Source: a virus
DNA length: 64,000 nucleotides
IMG/VR virus record: IMGVR_UViG_3300036845_000456
Coordinates: 1-64,000 of that record
Strand: one strand, 5' to 3'
Part shown: piece by piece, positions 7,783 to 19,127 of the stretch
Position numbering within the stretch: the stretch's first letter is position 1
Layout: each line of letters starts with the position of its first letter
The notes under the pieces: generated by a model
The model's database searches: none
What the model was told of the DNA's origin: nothing
What the model saw: only the letters and a program-made list of their open reading frames with translations
Position numbers and translations under genes: made by a program

Positions 7783-10146
7783 ATGAGCGACCGCCGCGCC
7801 AAGTGGCTCGAACTGAAGGCGCGCGCGCTGGCGGCCATCAATAAGTTCGACCCGGACGAGCCGCGCGATCCGAGCGGCAAGTGGACGGACGGCGGCGGTG
7901 ATGATGGCGATGGGGCGGCGGAAGATGCCGCTGCTGTTCCCGGATTGCCGGACACGATCAAGATTCACGATCCTGGGCTCAACGCAGCAATCGAGCGCGG
8001 CGTATGGGATATCACCGCCAAGCCGCGCGCTTACAGCAACGACAAGCCGGGTGATGCATACGATCTAACAGTTCGCGCAAAGCAAACAGCCGACACGCGG
8101 ACCTACAAGCGGCGTGCCGATGATAAAGTTGAGCGTCTCTACAATCCCAAGCTTGCGGACTTGGTTGTTGAGGACAAGGGCCAACCGTATGAATGGACGC
8201 GTGCGAAACTGAAGCCGGAATTTGAAAAAGATATTGTTCCGCTTGCGGATAAGGATGTGATCTATCGCGGAATGTCCGGTGAGGAATACGAGGCAATCCA
8301 AAAAACCGGAAAGGTCACGTCGCTCGGCAACTACAATCTGGAAGGTCAGGAGGGTCTAACATACTGGACTACTGATACATCGACGGCGGAAGCTTATGCC
8401 AATGGTTTTGCGCCGTGGTCATTCAAACCAACATTTGAGAAACCCGCGTACATAGTTGCCGCGAAACGGCCGGAGTCGAAGGACGTCAGCAATATTCAAG
8501 GCACGGGCGAAAATGAAGTAGGTGTCTCACGTCCGATCAAAAAATCAGAGATTGTCGCCGTCTGGCGCGGCGACGCTTACGACAACACGCCGGGCCAAGT
8601 TGATCTTGTTCGCATGGGTTATAGCGGGGACGACTATCGAACCGGATCAGCCAGCCACACGAGCACATCAGTTGCATGGTCAAAAGTGCCAGAGACGGAG
8701 CGCAAGGGTTTCGACCCGGACGAGCCGCGCGACGACGCTGGCAAGTGGACCGCTGGCGGCGGCGATGGTGGCGGCGGCGACGACAGCAAACCGGCACAAG
8801 GCGAGTTGTTCCCCGAACTGCCGCCGCTGCCGCCGGGCAAGGGCAAGAACAAGCTTGACGACTTCGCCAAGGATCAAGTGACGCTGGCGAGCGATGTGCG
8901 CAATGACAAGGAGAAGGCCGACAAGTTTCTGGAGCACTGGAACGAAAACGTTCGCGAAGCGCCCGCCGAATTCAAAAAAGAATTCCTCGGCGGAATGCCC
9001 GCGACCATGACGATCAAAAGCAACGACAATGGCGATGTATGGACGCTGACCGGCAAGTTGCAGGATGCCGATGGCGCCTCGATCGGCGAATACACGCGCA
9101 CGATTGATTTCGCTGAAAACCGAGCAGAGAGCGACTACTTCAAGCTCAACAAAACCGGTGGCGGCCTCGGCAAACAGATGCTCGCAGCCAACGTCGCCAT
9201 GTATCAAAAGCTCGGCCTCAGTGAAGTGGAAGTGCATGCCAACATCGACGTCGGCGGCTACGCCTGGGCTAAATACGGCTACGTGCCGACCGACGAGAGT
9301 TGGCGCAATCTCAGCGGCAGCATCAACGACAAGATCGATGAACTCGCGGGCGGCGGCGGCGGTTACGAGCCGAGTAGCTGGGAGGAAATGAGCGAGGATC
9401 AGCAAGACAGTGTTTTCAACGCCTGGGCGCGCGCCAGCGAAGACGAGTTTTACGAGAGCGAAGTCGAGAATTGGCGCGAGAGTGGTGGTGATCTCGCGCA
9501 AGCCAAGCAAAACTTGGCGGATACGTTTCTAGCATCGAGCACGTGGGCGCGTAATGCGCTGGAAGGGCACACGATCACGGTCGGTGAGGGCGATAATGAA
9601 AAAGCCGTCAAGGTCGCGTCACTGATCTCGGTCGATACGTTGTTGGAGAATACGACGGTTGATTTCAAAGACCGACGCGGCGACGGCAACGAAGACCCGG
9701 ACATTACGATTGACGATCAGACAACGTCGGAATTGACCGACGATCAGCGCGAGCAAGTTGAAAGCATCTTAGTCGAAGGCTTCAATAAGCAAGCGGAAAG
9801 CGATGCCTCCGACGTTGAGCCGCCGCCACACTTTCACGACAACATTCGCGATTCACAAAGCGAATACTGGTCGAGCATGCGCGACCGCGACAAGTTTCGC
9901 TGGGCCAGCGACAATGGCGAGCTACCTGAAGAAACAAGCGGCAGCGGCGAGATCGATGAAGACGCCGCGCAAGAGCTACGCGAATTAGCCGACGATTCCG
10001 ATCCCAAGGCGCTATGGGCAATTGCCGACAGCGAGCACGGCAAGGATGTGTTGTTGAATAGTGATTGGGTCGGTGTTCTCGATTTACATGATTCAGAAAC
10101 GATGGCGCGGTTCAATGCCTACGTCAACAAAAAGCCCAAAGCATAA
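7783..10146 (+). CDS. Multidomain (polyvalent-type) protein: FDPDEPRD..GKWT motif x2, ADP-ribosyltransferase-like and GNAT-like domains
   Basis: IYRGMS..E / YWTTD / ENEV spacing suggests an ART fold; GGGLGKQML...VHANIDVGGYAWAKYGY resembles GNAT motifs; located just before the head genes. Confidence 0.55.
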   Translation: MSDRRAKWLELKARALAAINKFDPDEPRDPSGKWTDGGGDDGDGAAEDAAAVPGLPDTIKIHDPGLNAAIERGVWDITAKPRAYSNDKPGDAYDLTVRAKQTADTRTYKRRADDKVERLYNPKLADLVVEDKGQPYEWTRAKLKPEFEKDIVPLADKDVIYRGMSGEEYEAIQKTGKVTSLGNYNLEGQEGLTYWTTDTSTAEAYANGFAPWSFKPTFEKPAYIVAAKRPESKDVSNIQGTGENEVGVSRPIKKSEIVAVWRGDAYDNTPGQVDLVRMGYSGDDYRTGSASHTSTSVAWSKVPETERKGFDPDEPRDDAGKWTAGGGDGGGGDDSKPAQGELFPELPPLPPGKGKNKLDDFAKDQVTLASDVRNDKEKADKFLEHWNENVREAPAEFKKEFLGGMPATMTIKSNDNGDVWTLTGKLQDADGASIGEYTRTIDFAENRAESDYFKLNKTGGGLGKQMLAANVAMYQKLGLSEVEVHANIDVGGYAWAKYGYVPTDESWRNLSGSINDKIDELAGGGGGYEPSSWEEMSEDQQDSVFNAWARASEDEFYESEVENWRESGGDLAQAKQNLADTFLASSTWARNALEGHTITVGEGDNEKAVKVASLISVDTLLENTTVDFKDRRGDGNEDPDITIDDQTTSELTDDQREQVESILVEGFNKQAESDASDVEPPPHFHDNIRDSQSEYWSSMRDRDKFRWASDNGELPEETSGSGEIDEDAAQELRELADDSDPKALWAIADSEHGKDVLLNSDWVGVLDLHDSETMARFNAYVNKKPKA

Positions 10147-10417
10147 AGTCGGCAAAGAATTCTTCGTGCTGAAAAATAATCGGCGCGAAGATGCAGATTT
10201 GCATAACGCCATTCTGGCGGACGGCGACGACGCGGCAGCTAAGGAAGTTAGCGATGCCGTAGCGCGGCGTCTGAAAGTAAAACGCGAAGCCAAACGCAAG
10301 CTGGCCAAGTCGCTGTCAGATTGGACCCCGGTCGAGAACGCGCTGCGGCAAGGCGAATGGAAAGACACCAAAGCCCGAGCGCTGCGCGCGCGGCGGCGGA
10401 AATCTTAGGAGGCAGAC

Positions 10418-13087
10418 ATGCCTATCAAGCCGGGTAAAGACGAATCGCAAACTGATTGGATGGCGCGATGCGTGCCAGACATGAAGGGCGACAACGGCGG
10501 CACTAAGAGGCCGCAGGAACAAGCAGTCGCTGCTTGCCTGACCATGTGGCGCGACGCCAAGGGCGGCAAGGAACCGGCCGATAAGGATATCGCGGCGCTG
10601 ATTCCGGGCTGGATCAGCAATCTGGTGCGGGCCGGTGTGCTCAAGGCCGCCGACGTCGAGTACGCCGATCCCGGCTATCGCGCTGATGGCGGGAAGCGTT
10701 ACCGGCTCGACAGCGAAGATCGTATCCGCGCGGCTTGGCATGCGATCAACAAGTCGGCTGATGCCTATACGCCGGAACAGGCGCGGCGCATCAAGGCGCG
10801 CGTCGTCGCTGCATGGAAAGACAAGATCGATAAAGCCGGGCCGCCGAGCGCGGACGACAAGGCGTCGATGGACACGTTGCGCGGCGAAGTCGTGCTGGCG
10901 CTCAAGTTCGATTGTCCTGATCCTGATGATGACGAAGCGCACGATGATTTCATCGATCGCTGCACAGACGAAGTCATGGGCGACGATCCCGATCGAGACG
11001 AAGACGAAGCCACGCAAGCCTGCCAGCTTCGCTGGGATGAGCAATCCGATCGCGGCGTCGGCGACATCGTGCATAAGACGCATGCGACACCGGCCACCGG
11101 CATGGAATTCATCTTGTCGGACGCGAGCGCGGACCGGTTCGGCGACATCATCGACGTCGCCGGCTGGGATATCAGTAATTTCGTCAAGAACCCGGTCGCG
11201 CTTTTCAACCACGACAAGGGCTTCGTCATCGGCAAATGGGAAAACTTGCGCATCGGCGACGATTTGCGCGGCCACTTGGTGCTGGCGCCGAAGGGCACCA
11301 GCCCGCGTATTGATGAAATCAGGCGACTAGTTGAGGCCGACATTCTGCGCGCCACCAGCGTCGGTTTCCGGCCGGTCGAGCACACGCCGATCAACGCCAA
11401 AGACCCATGGAGCGGCACCCACTATCTCAAACATGAGTTGGTCGAATGCTCCGTGGTCGCCGTGCCCGCCAACGTCAACGCGTTGGCCGTGGCCAAATCC
11501 CTGAACGTAAGCCCTGCAACTGTCCGTCTCGTGTTTGGCGAGCATGCCGACAACAACACGAAGCGACGCAGTTTCAACCGTCCGCCCGGTGGCGAGCATG
11601 CCGAGAAAAAGCCGGACAGCGTGACGCCTAAGCCCACTGGCGAGCATGCCGAAATCCATGAGAGCAAAACCAGGGGGAGTCCCATGTTGCTTTCGAAACG
11701 CATTACGGACGGCGAGAAGCGAGTCCTCGTGTTGCAGGATCAACTCGACGCGCATCTGGCGTCCATGGACGACGACAATCCGACTGACGAGCAAATGCTG
11801 GTGACCGAGGACCTGACCGCCAAGATCGAAATGGCGCAACGGCATCTCAACAGCATGAAGGCGATCGAGGCGAAGAACGGCTCGGGCGCCGAAGATGTTG
11901 GCGAGATCAGCCGCCGGGGCAACGGCACCGGCAACGGCAGCACCGCCGTCACCAAGGCACCGCAAGGAATCGTGCTGCGGCAGAAAAAGCCGGAACCGCT
12001 CGATTACTTCTGGCGTGCGGCATTGGTGAAGTGCAAGGCGCGTGCGGACGGTCAGTCGATTGACGACACCCGCCGTAAGATTTACGGCGACGACGAAGCC
12101 ACACGCGCGGTGTGCGATATCGTGTTGAAGGCGGCGAGTGCTCCAGCGCTCACGACAGTGAGCGGGTGGGCGGCGGAACTTGTTCAGCAAATTTACGCTG
12201 ACTTCATGCAAGTGCTACTCCCGCTTTCGGTCTACCCCAAGCTGGCGGCGGCCGGAATGTCGCTGACGTTCGGAAATGCTGGGCGCATCATCATTCCAAC
12301 TCGTAATCTGACTCCGTCACTTGCGGGTTCGTTTGTTGGTGAGGGAATGCCTATTCCTGTTCGCCAGGGCGCCTTCGCGTCTCAAGTTGTTGTTCCTAAA
12401 AAAGTTGCCGTGATCACGACCTGGACCAAGGAACTCGATGAGCATTCCATTCCCGCGATCGAAGGTCTGTTGCGGCAAGCTGTGCTTGAAGATACGGCGA
12501 TCGCGATCGATGCGGTGTTGTTGGACAACAATCCGGCAACAGCAATTCGGCCGAATGGTCTGCGTGTCTATCAGGCCGGGCTGACAGCGACAGTGGGCGG
12601 CGGCTTCAATGCTCTGGTCGGTGATCTCAAGTTGTTGCAGGGCTCGCTGCTGACGCTGACCCAAGGCAATGTGCGCAAGCCGGTAATCATGCTCAATCCG
12701 CAACAGGTGCTGAGCATCAGCTTGATCCAGCCACCGGCTGCGGCGACCGAACTGTTCCCGTTCCGCGCCGAAGTGGAAGCGGGCCGGCTCGGCCGCGCGA
12801 CCCTGATCGAGTCGTCAACCGTGCCGCTCGGCATGGCCATCGCGGTGGACGCAGCCGACTTCGTGTCGGTTGGTTCAGAAGGTCCGCGCCTCGAAATTTC
12901 GGACCAAGCCACCTTGCACATGGAAGACACGACGCCGCAAGACATCGTGGGCGGATCGCCGGGAGTGGCGGCCACGCCGGTCAAATCGATGTGGCAAACA
13001 GATTCGCTCGCCCTTCGGTTGATCATGCTCACCAACTGGATCATGCGGCGTCCAGTTGTTGCTTGGATGACCGGCGTCACGTGGTAG
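10418..13087 (+). CDS. HK97-family prohead protease fused to major capsid protein
   Basis: LFNHD, ATSVGF and LVECSVVAVPAN protease motifs; coiled-coil delta-like region; FVGEG..IP, PKKVAVI capsid motifs; RBS aggagg. Confidence 0.9.
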   Translation: MPIKPGKDESQTDWMARCVPDMKGDNGGTKRPQEQAVAACLTMWRDAKGGKEPADKDIAALIPGWISNLVRAGVLKAADVEYADPGYRADGGKRYRLDSEDRIRAAWHAINKSADAYTPEQARRIKARVVAAWKDKIDKAGPPSADDKASMDTLRGEVVLALKFDCPDPDDDEAHDDFIDRCTDEVMGDDPDRDEDEATQACQLRWDEQSDRGVGDIVHKTHATPATGMEFILSDASADRFGDIIDVAGWDISNFVKNPVALFNHDKGFVIGKWENLRIGDDLRGHLVLAPKGTSPRIDEIRRLVEADILRATSVGFRPVEHTPINAKDPWSGTHYLKHELVECSVVAVPANVNALAVAKSLNVSPATVRLVFGEHADNNTKRRSFNRPPGGEHAEKKPDSVTPKPTGEHAEIHESKTRGSPMLLSKRITDGEKRVLVLQDQLDAHLASMDDDNPTDEQMLVTEDLTAKIEMAQRHLNSMKAIEAKNGSGAEDVGEISRRGNGTGNGSTAVTKAPQGIVLRQKKPEPLDYFWRAALVKCKARADGQSIDDTRRKIYGDDEATRAVCDIVLKAASAPALTTVSGWAAELVQQIYADFMQVLLPLSVYPKLAAAGMSLTFGNAGRIIIPTRNLTPSLAGSFVGEGMPIPVRQGAFASQVVVPKKVAVITTWTKELDEHSIPAIEGLLRQAVLEDTAIAIDAVLLDNNPATAIRPNGLRVYQAGLTATVGGGFNALVGDLKLLQGSLLTLTQGNVRKPVIMLNPQQVLSISLIQPPAAATELFPFRAEVEAGRLGRATLIESSTVPLGMAIAVDAADFVSVGSEGPRLEISDQATLHMEDTTPQDIVGGSPGVAATPVKSMWQTDSLALRLIMLTNWIMRRPVVAWMTGVTW

Positions 13088-13193
13088 GTCAAACGCGGCT
13101 GACGGAGGTTCGAAACTAATCGGCCGAGCCCCCGTTAGTAAGACACTGATCGGTAAATATTGATCAGTTAATCAAACCAGAGGAGTCATCCAA

Positions 13194-13676
13194 ATGGCTG
13201 ACGAACGACAATCGCATAATCCGAATCCGTCGCAGCATCAGGGCGCTGCGCAGCCGCCACGCCCGAACCAGCCGGGTCAACAGCCCAACCCGCAGCCGCA
13301 CCAGCAGCCGGGCCAGCAACCGCACAACCCGCAGGAGACTCACGAGCAGCGCGAACAACGGGAGCAGCGCGAGCGGGAGCAGCGCGAGCAGCGCGAGCGG
13401 CGCGCAGATTCGGCCAAGAAGCAGAGCGACGAGGATCGCGAGAAGCGCCTCAAGCAATACGAGGACCGGCTTAAGGGCCGCCCGACGCCGACGCAGGAAG
13501 AACTCGACCAGATCGCCCTCGGCCATGCTCCCGAACAACTGTCGGAGGATGGTTCGGGTCCTGATCCGGCCGAAGAACTCAGCACCGTGCATCATATCGG
13601 CGGTGAACATCACTACGAACACCGGCAGATGCGAGCGAAAAGCGATCGAGGAATTAGCCGCGAATCGAGAAGCTAA
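13194..13676 (+). CDS. Hypothetical Q/P/E/R-rich head-region protein
   Basis: RBS gaggag; QQP and EQR repeats; PTPTQEE motif. Confidence 0.65.
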   Translation: MADERQSHNPNPSQHQGAAQPPRPNQPGQQPNPQPHQQPGQQPHNPQETHEQREQREQREREQREQRERRADSAKKQSDEDREKRLKQYEDRLKGRPTPTQEELDQIALGHAPEQLSEDGSGPDPAEELSTVHHIGGEHHYEHRQMRAKSDRGISRESRS

Positions 13677-13682
13677 TCGCTG

Positions 13683-15128
13683 ATGCGTCTACCTGCGACC
13701 ATCCGTAATCTGGCGTCGGCCGTCCTCCGGGCGGCCGAAGGCCAGTATCGTCCCGGCCCGTGGTATTTGCCGGTCACGCACGGATGGCTGCCGGCTGACG
13801 TCGGCAATTCGATTAACTGGTGGCAGAACGGGCACACGCCACAGCTACTTGGCGCCAACCTCGCCATCATCGAGGCGTGCGTGTCGGCGTATGCACAAAC
13901 AGTGGCGATGTGTCCAGGGAACCATTGGCACGGCAACAACAAAGGCGGGCGCGACCGCGTCACCAACTCGGCGCTGTGCCGTATTCTGCGGCGGCCGAAC
14001 GACTATCAGACGATCAGCGATTTGTTGATGAATGTAACGCGCCAGCTTTACATGGAAGGCAACGCGTATTTGTTGTGCATGCGCAATGCCCGCTACGAGA
14101 TCAGCGAATTGCACATGATGGATAATCGCTATTGCCGCGCGTTGATCGACGGCGACGGCGAAGTACATTACACGCTTGGCGGCAATTGGATCGTGCAGAA
14201 CAGATACGGGCCGCTGACGACCGTGCCCGCGCGCGATGTGCTGCATATCAAGCTACACGTTGACCAGCTTCGCAATCCGCTGCGCGGCGAAAGCCCGCTC
14301 GCGTCCGCTTTTCTCGACGCCATGACCGCGCAATCAATCCTGGCGCAGCAATATCAGTTCTATCAAAACCAAGCCAAGCCCGGCTTCGTGCTTTCGACCG
14401 ATCTATTGTTGGACAAAGATCAAGTCAGCGCTTTGCGGGATCGCTGGATGGAGCAGACCAGCGGGCAAAACGTCGGTGGCACGCCGATCCTGACCGGCGG
14501 GTTGAAGCCGCAAGGCTTGCCGATGGCCACGTTCCGCGACGCGCAATTGGCGGAAGTGCTGAAGATGAACAACGAAGGCATCGCCATGGCTTTCCGCGTG
14601 CCGCCGCAAATTATCGGCATTGTCGAAAAGGGTTCATTCCGCTCGACCGAAGCACTGATGCAGGGGTGGGTGGCGAGCGGCCTGGGGTTCTGTTTGAACC
14701 ACATCGAGGAAGCGTTCGGCATGGCGTTCGGCTTGGATGGACAGCCAGATGATTATTTGGAGTTTGACACCAAGGCGCTGTTGCGCTCGGCGTTCAAGGA
14801 TCGCATCGACGGTTTGGTCAAAGCGGTGCAGGGCGGTGTCATGTCGCCCAACGAAGCCAGAAATGAGGAAGATTTAGACTCGGTCAAATTCGGGGACGAG
14901 CCGAGAGTCCAGCAGCAAGTCGTTCCCTTGTCCGCAGCGGCAGCCATCCCGAGCACGGGACCATCAACAAAAATTCCAGCATCGCCGCCTAGTCCCTCGC
15001 AACCCTCGCAGTCGCCTTCTTCTCCGGCGGCGCCAAAAATAGATGAGGCAGGACGCGATGCATTCCGACGACGAGTACACAACAAGTCACTCCAAATCGA
15101 ACGGGAGCGACAGCGGCAATTACAATGA
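13683..15128 (+). CDS. HK97-family portal protein
   Basis: [39 protein letters not shown] motifs. Confidence 0.9.
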   Translation: MRLPATIRNLASAVLRAAEGQYRPGPWYLPVTHGWLPADVGNSINWWQNGHTPQLLGANLAIIEACVSAYAQTVAMCPGNHWHGNNKGGRDRVTNSALCRILRRPNDYQTISDLLMNVTRQLYMEGNAYLLCMRNARYEISELHMMDNRYCRALIDGDGEVHYTLGGNWIVQNRYGPLTTVPARDVLHIKLHVDQLRNPLRGESPLASAFLDAMTAQSILAQQYQFYQNQAKPGFVLSTDLLLDKDQVSALRDRWMEQTSGQNVGGTPILTGGLKPQGLPMATFRDAQLAEVLKMNNEGIAMAFRVPPQIIGIVEKGSFRSTEALMQGWVASGLGFCLNHIEEAFGMAFGLDGQPDDYLEFDTKALLRSAFKDRIDGLVKAVQGGVMSPNEARNEEDLDSVKFGDEPRVQQQVVPLSAAAAIPSTGPSTKIPASPPSPSQPSQSPSSPAAPKIDEAGRDAFRRRVHNKSLQIERERQRQLQ

Positions 15129-16602
15129 TGTGTTGGCGGATGAACTGGGCGACATCGTTGCTCAGTATCGGATGCAATGGGCGCGCGAGAAAGCAGTAAT
15201 CGAGGCGCAAAGCCGCGAGGCCGTTGCCACGCTGCGCGCTGAATTGCTGCAACTGCGCTATTCCTGGGAAGCCGCCTTCCATCAACGCCTCGCCCAACTC
15301 AAGGACGGCGAGCGCGGCGCCCCCGGAATCGATGGCACGCAAGGTCCGCAAGGGCTCCGGGGTGAGCCCGGCGAGCCCGGCGCCCCCGGAGAGCGGGGCG
15401 AGCCCGGTGAGCCCGGACGCAACGGACTCGATGGCCTAGCCGGCGCGATCGGCCTCGCCGGACCGAGCGGCGAGCGGGGCGAGCCCGGGGCCGTCGGCGA
15501 GCGCGGCTTGCAAGGGCCGCAAGGGCTGCCCGGTATCACAGGCGCCCCCGGCATCGCAGGCGAGCGGGGCGCCCCCGGTTTGCAAGGCGAGCGCGGGGAA
15601 CCGGGCGAGCCAGGGCGCAATGGCGCGGACGGCGCCATCGGGCCAGCCGGACTCATGGGGGTTCAAGGTTTGCCGGGCGAGCGAGGTTTGCCCGGGGAGC
15701 GCGGGGAAGCAGGCGAGCCCGGGCGCAATGGCGCCGACGGTATCGCCGGACCGCCCGGGCCGATGGGCCCGCCGGGGCCCACAGGGGCCGCTGGGGAGGC
15801 TATTCGGGGCGAGGTAGGCGAGCCGGGCAGGAACGGCGCGGAAGGCCGCCCGGGGCCGCCTGGGCCACGCGGCGAGCCCGGTTTGGCCGGACCGAAGGGC
15901 GAAACGGTCAAGGGCGACCAGGGCGAGCCCGGAAGAAACGGGCTCGATGGCGCCCAAGGGCCGATCGGGCTGCAAGGACCGCCGGGGCCGATCGGGGAGC
16001 GAGGCGCCCCCGGTCAGAACGGCCGTGACGGCTTGGCCGGGCAAGTCGGCCCGGTCGGCATGCAGGGCCCGCAAGGCGAGCGCGGGGAGCAAGGTCCGCG
16101 CGGCAGCGTCGGGAAAGTCCTGCCGTGGTCGGATCGGATTTTCTACGCCGGGGAACTGGTTACGCACGGCGGCGCGTGCTGGCAGGCGATCAACGACACC
16201 GCGAAAGAACCGACCGCCGTCGGCAAAGACTGGCAAGTCATTGCTGCATCTGGCGCCCCCGGCGCGTCGTTCACGGTGAGAGGCACCTATGACCCGCAGC
16301 AAGCGTACAAAACGCTCGATGTTGTGGTGGTCGATCACGGATGGTTCGTGGCTCGACGCGACAATCCCGGTGCCTGTCCTGGCGGCGGTTGGCAGTCAGG
16401 GCCCGTCGGTAAGCGCGGCGAAAAAGGCATCCCGGGCGAACGCGGCGCCAAAGGCGAGCCGGGCAAAACGGCGGCGCACTGGGTCGGCGTCAAGCTCGAC
16501 GGGTTCGACGTCGTCACGGTGATGTCGGACGGCACCTTCGGCCCGCGCTTTTCACTTGCACCGATGTTCGAGAAGTTCGAGGCCGAGCTACGGAGTCGGT
16601 GA
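15043..16602 (+). CDS. Collagen-like head-associated protein
   Basis: Long Gly-X-Y tract (GERGEPG, GRNG.DG) between a coiled-coil N-terminus and a globular C-terminus. Confidence 0.8.
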   Translation: MRQDAMHSDDEYTTSHSKSNGSDSGNYNDVLADELGDIVAQYRMQWAREKAVIEAQSREAVATLRAELLQLRYSWEAAFHQRLAQLKDGERGAPGIDGTQGPQGLRGEPGEPGAPGERGEPGEPGRNGLDGLAGAIGLAGPSGERGEPGAVGERGLQGPQGLPGITGAPGIAGERGAPGLQGERGEPGEPGRNGADGAIGPAGLMGVQGLPGERGLPGERGEAGEPGRNGADGIAGPPGPMGPPGPTGAAGEAIRGEVGEPGRNGAEGRPGPPGPRGEPGLAGPKGETVKGDQGEPGRNGLDGAQGPIGLQGPPGPIGERGAPGQNGRDGLAGQVGPVGMQGPQGERGEQGPRGSVGKVLPWSDRIFYAGELVTHGGACWQAINDTAKEPTAVGKDWQVIAASGAPGASFTVRGTYDPQQAYKTLDVVVVDHGWFVARRDNPGACPGGGWQSGPVGKRGEKGIPGERGAKGEPGKTAAHWVGVKLDGFDVVTVMSDGTFGPRFSLAPMFEKFEAELRSR

Positions 16603-17252
16603 TGCAACAACTTCTGAACGTGCTGACCCCGGCGGCGTCGCAGGACCTGATCAGTCTTGCCGACATGAAGATGAAGCTCGGCATTCCTAGCACCGACACG
16701 TCGAAGGATTTTCTGCTGCAAGAGTTGATCAGCAACACGTCGGAACTGATCGCCACGTTGTGCAATCGCGTGTTTGCTTACGAGGAAGTCAACGAGACGT
16801 TCTACCAACTCGATGACGGCTACAGCCGGCGGCTCTATCTTTCGCGGTGGCCGGTCAAGACCGCCGACATCACGGTGTTCACACAAGTCGATAGCGACAC
16901 TGACCTGTTGCCGACGCTCAATAGTGGTTGGTTCCTCGAAGAAAAAACCGGCACGCTCTACGGCCAGCCCGATCTTGGCTACTGGTATGGGACCGTCAGT
17001 GTCACTTATTCGGGCGGTTACAATCTGCCGACCGAAACACCGAACTCATTGTTGTTCGCATTCGAAGCACTGGTGCGTGAACAGTACATGAGTTGGATAC
17101 GCGCGCCGTCGTCGTTCGGGGTGAGGCAGATACGACATAAGGAATCAGCCATCGGTTACTACGGGCCAAACCTTTTCCCCACGACCGGCCTGCCCGCGAC
17201 GTGGACAGCCGTGCAAACCGTGCTCAACAAGTTCATGCGCCACTGGGTCTGA
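16599..17252 (+). CDS. Head-tail connector (adaptor) protein
   Basis: [31 protein letters not shown] motifs; position after portal. Confidence 0.7.
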   Translation: MMQQLLNVLTPAASQDLISLADMKMKLGIPSTDTSKDFLLQELISNTSELIATLCNRVFAYEEVNETFYQLDDGYSRRLYLSRWPVKTADITVFTQVDSDTDLLPTLNSGWFLEEKTGTLYGQPDLGYWYGTVSVTYSGGYNLPTETPNSLLFAFEALVREQYMSWIRAPSSFGVRQIRHKESAIGYYGPNLFPTTGLPATWTAVQTVLNKFMRHWV

Positions 17253-17254
17253 TC

Positions 17255-18343
17255 ATGAAACATCAACAAGTCACCGCCGAGAGTGCCATTACGCTTAAGC
17301 GTCCAGCCGAATTCGTCTGGCGTGCGGCGGCGGCCACGCTGCGCGGCTTCGTCGGCGGCATGTCGCCGACAGTGATGGCGCGCAACATGTACGGCGACGA
17401 TCCGGTGACGCCGCTGGTGCTGCGCGGCGCCACCACGCAAGCCGTCACCAGCGTTCCGGCTTGGGCTGGGGCAGTGGCTTTCCAAAGCGTGTCGCGGGCC
17501 ATCGAGGAAGTCGTCGCCTTGTCGGCGATCGGCGCGGTGCTGCGCGCGGGCGCGCTCAATGTCGATCTTGGCCGCAACGCCTCAGTGCGCGTGCCCGGCC
17601 GCGCCACGTCGCCGGCTGACGCCGGGCAGTGGGTCCAAGAAGGCCATCCGATTCCGGCGCGCGCCCTCCACCTGCTGGGCGGTCCGGTGCTGTCGCCGAC
17701 CAAGCTGGCGGTGTTGGTCACCATGACGCGCGAGATGACAGAGGCGAGCAATATCGAGGATGTGGTGCGCATGTTGTTGACGGAGGCGGCCAGCATCGCC
17801 CTCGATGCCGCGCTGTTCTCGACCAATGCGGCGACGGCGGCCATGCCTGCGGGGATTCTGCTCGGCATCACGGCGTTGCCGGCGACCACCGGCACCGGGC
17901 TCGGCTTCGATGCCTGCGGCCAGGACCTTGGTAATCTCGTGCAAGACATCGCCTCGCGCGGCGGCGGCGCGCATGCGTACTTCATCGCCGCGCCGCATCA
18001 GTCAACCGCCATCCGGTTCTGGGCCGGTGGCCAATTCGGCCGCACCGTGGACGGCGACGTTCTGCCGGTCGCCGCGTCCGCCGGTCTGGCGGAAGGCACC
18101 GTGCTGGCGATCGAGCCCGCCAGCCTCGCGCTCACCTTGAACGATCCGCAGTTTTCGGTCGCCAACGTGGCGACCGTGCATCAGGAAGACACCACGCCGC
18201 TCGACATCGTCAGCGGTGGCACCGTGGCGACGCCGGTCAAATCGATGTTCCAGACCGACGCGCTGGCGCTGCGCATGACCTTGACAGCGAATTGGGGCAT
18301 GCGCGCGCCGCACGTGTCCTACATCACCGGAGTCGGCTGGTGA
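17255..18343 (+). CDS. Second major-capsid-like protein (paralogue, no protease)
   Basis: Aligns by eye to the capsid part of 10418-13087: ATVHQEDTTPLDIV...PVKSMFQTDALALRM vs ATLHMEDTTPQDIV...PVKSMWQTDSLALRL. Confidence 0.8.
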   Translation: MKHQQVTAESAITLKRPAEFVWRAAAATLRGFVGGMSPTVMARNMYGDDPVTPLVLRGATTQAVTSVPAWAGAVAFQSVSRAIEEVVALSAIGAVLRAGALNVDLGRNASVRVPGRATSPADAGQWVQEGHPIPARALHLLGGPVLSPTKLAVLVTMTREMTEASNIEDVVRMLLTEAASIALDAALFSTNAATAAMPAGILLGITALPATTGTGLGFDACGQDLGNLVQDIASRGGGAHAYFIAAPHQSTAIRFWAGGQFGRTVDGDVLPVAASAGLAEGTVLAIEPASLALTLNDPQFSVANVATVHQEDTTPLDIVSGGTVATPVKSMFQTDALALRMTLTANWGMRAPHVSYITGVGW

Positions 18344-18741
18344 TCGACGTCAGCATCGATGTTGATGCGCTCACGGAAAAGCTCGCCGCCGAACTGGAAG
18401 CGCTCAAGGCGTTCGTTCCAGAGATGGCCGAAGAACTGACCGACTGGCAGCGGCAAGACATGCACCGCCAGTACCCCAACACGCAAGAAGATCAGGACTC
18501 GGCGTCTACGGATATCTGGCCGCGCTCGCGGCTCAGCGAGGAAGCCGTTCAGAAAGAGCGCGCCAACCGACGCGCCTACTTCATGCGCCGCCAGCGCAGT
18601 ATCAGAAATGTCGGGCCGCGCCGCCAGCCGGGCGGTGGGCAACGCTACCGAAGCCAGCGCCAGATTCTGCGCGATGTGTTGTTTGATCAACTCGAAGATC
18701 GCATGGACGCGCTGATGATCGAGAAACTCGGATGGCCGTAA
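18340..18741 (+). CDS. Putative neck/tail completion protein
   Basis: GTGA coupling with the upstream stop; position in the head-tail region. Confidence 0.5.
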   Translation: MIDVSIDVDALTEKLAAELEALKAFVPEMAEELTDWQRQDMHRQYPNTQEDQDSASTDIWPRSRLSEEAVQKERANRRAYFMRRQRSIRNVGPRRQPGGGQRYRSQRQILRDVLFDQLEDRMDALMIEKLGWP

Positions 18742-19088
18742 ATTTCGAAACCAGTCTCTATTCTCCCGAGCAGGATCAGTTCGGGCGGCCGATCACGGTC
18801 ACTCCAATCGCTTCGCAGCCCAACGTCGGGGCCTACGAGAACCGGGGCATTTACGATTCCGGGCCGATCAACATCCTGCTCGATGACGGATCGATCTTTT
18901 CCGACCAGCGCACAATCGTTGACATCTGCGCCGCTGAATACGCCGTGCCGCCGAAGCAACTAGATCAGATTTCGATTCCGTATGATCCGGCCAGCGGGCT
19001 CCCGCCGCTCGGCGACTTCGAGATCACCAACGTGATCGACAACGGCGGCGGCGAATTGACGTTGGAACTGAAAAAGATCGTGTCCTAA
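18732..19088 (+). CDS. Putative head-closure/head-tail joining protein
   Basis: 118 aa beta-rich, RGIYD...P...D.I...DNGGGELTLEL pattern; synteny. Confidence 0.55.
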   Translation: MAVNFETSLYSPEQDQFGRPITVTPIASQPNVGAYENRGIYDSGPINILLDDGSIFSDQRTIVDICAAEYAVPPKQLDQISIPYDPASGLPPLGDFEITNVIDNGGGELTLELKKIVS

Positions 19089-19127
19089 GCCAGCACCCTA
19101 CTACTAAATACATATAAAGGGCCGAGC

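Noticed and set aside
7890-11010. Short Asp/Gly codon runs resembling the hexamer on the minus strand
   Set aside because: Only two or three units in register; consistent with ordinary codon usage.
15300-16110. Periodic GC-rich repeats in collagen-like genes as further arrays
   Set aside because: The 9-nt period is fully explained by Gly-X-Y codons.
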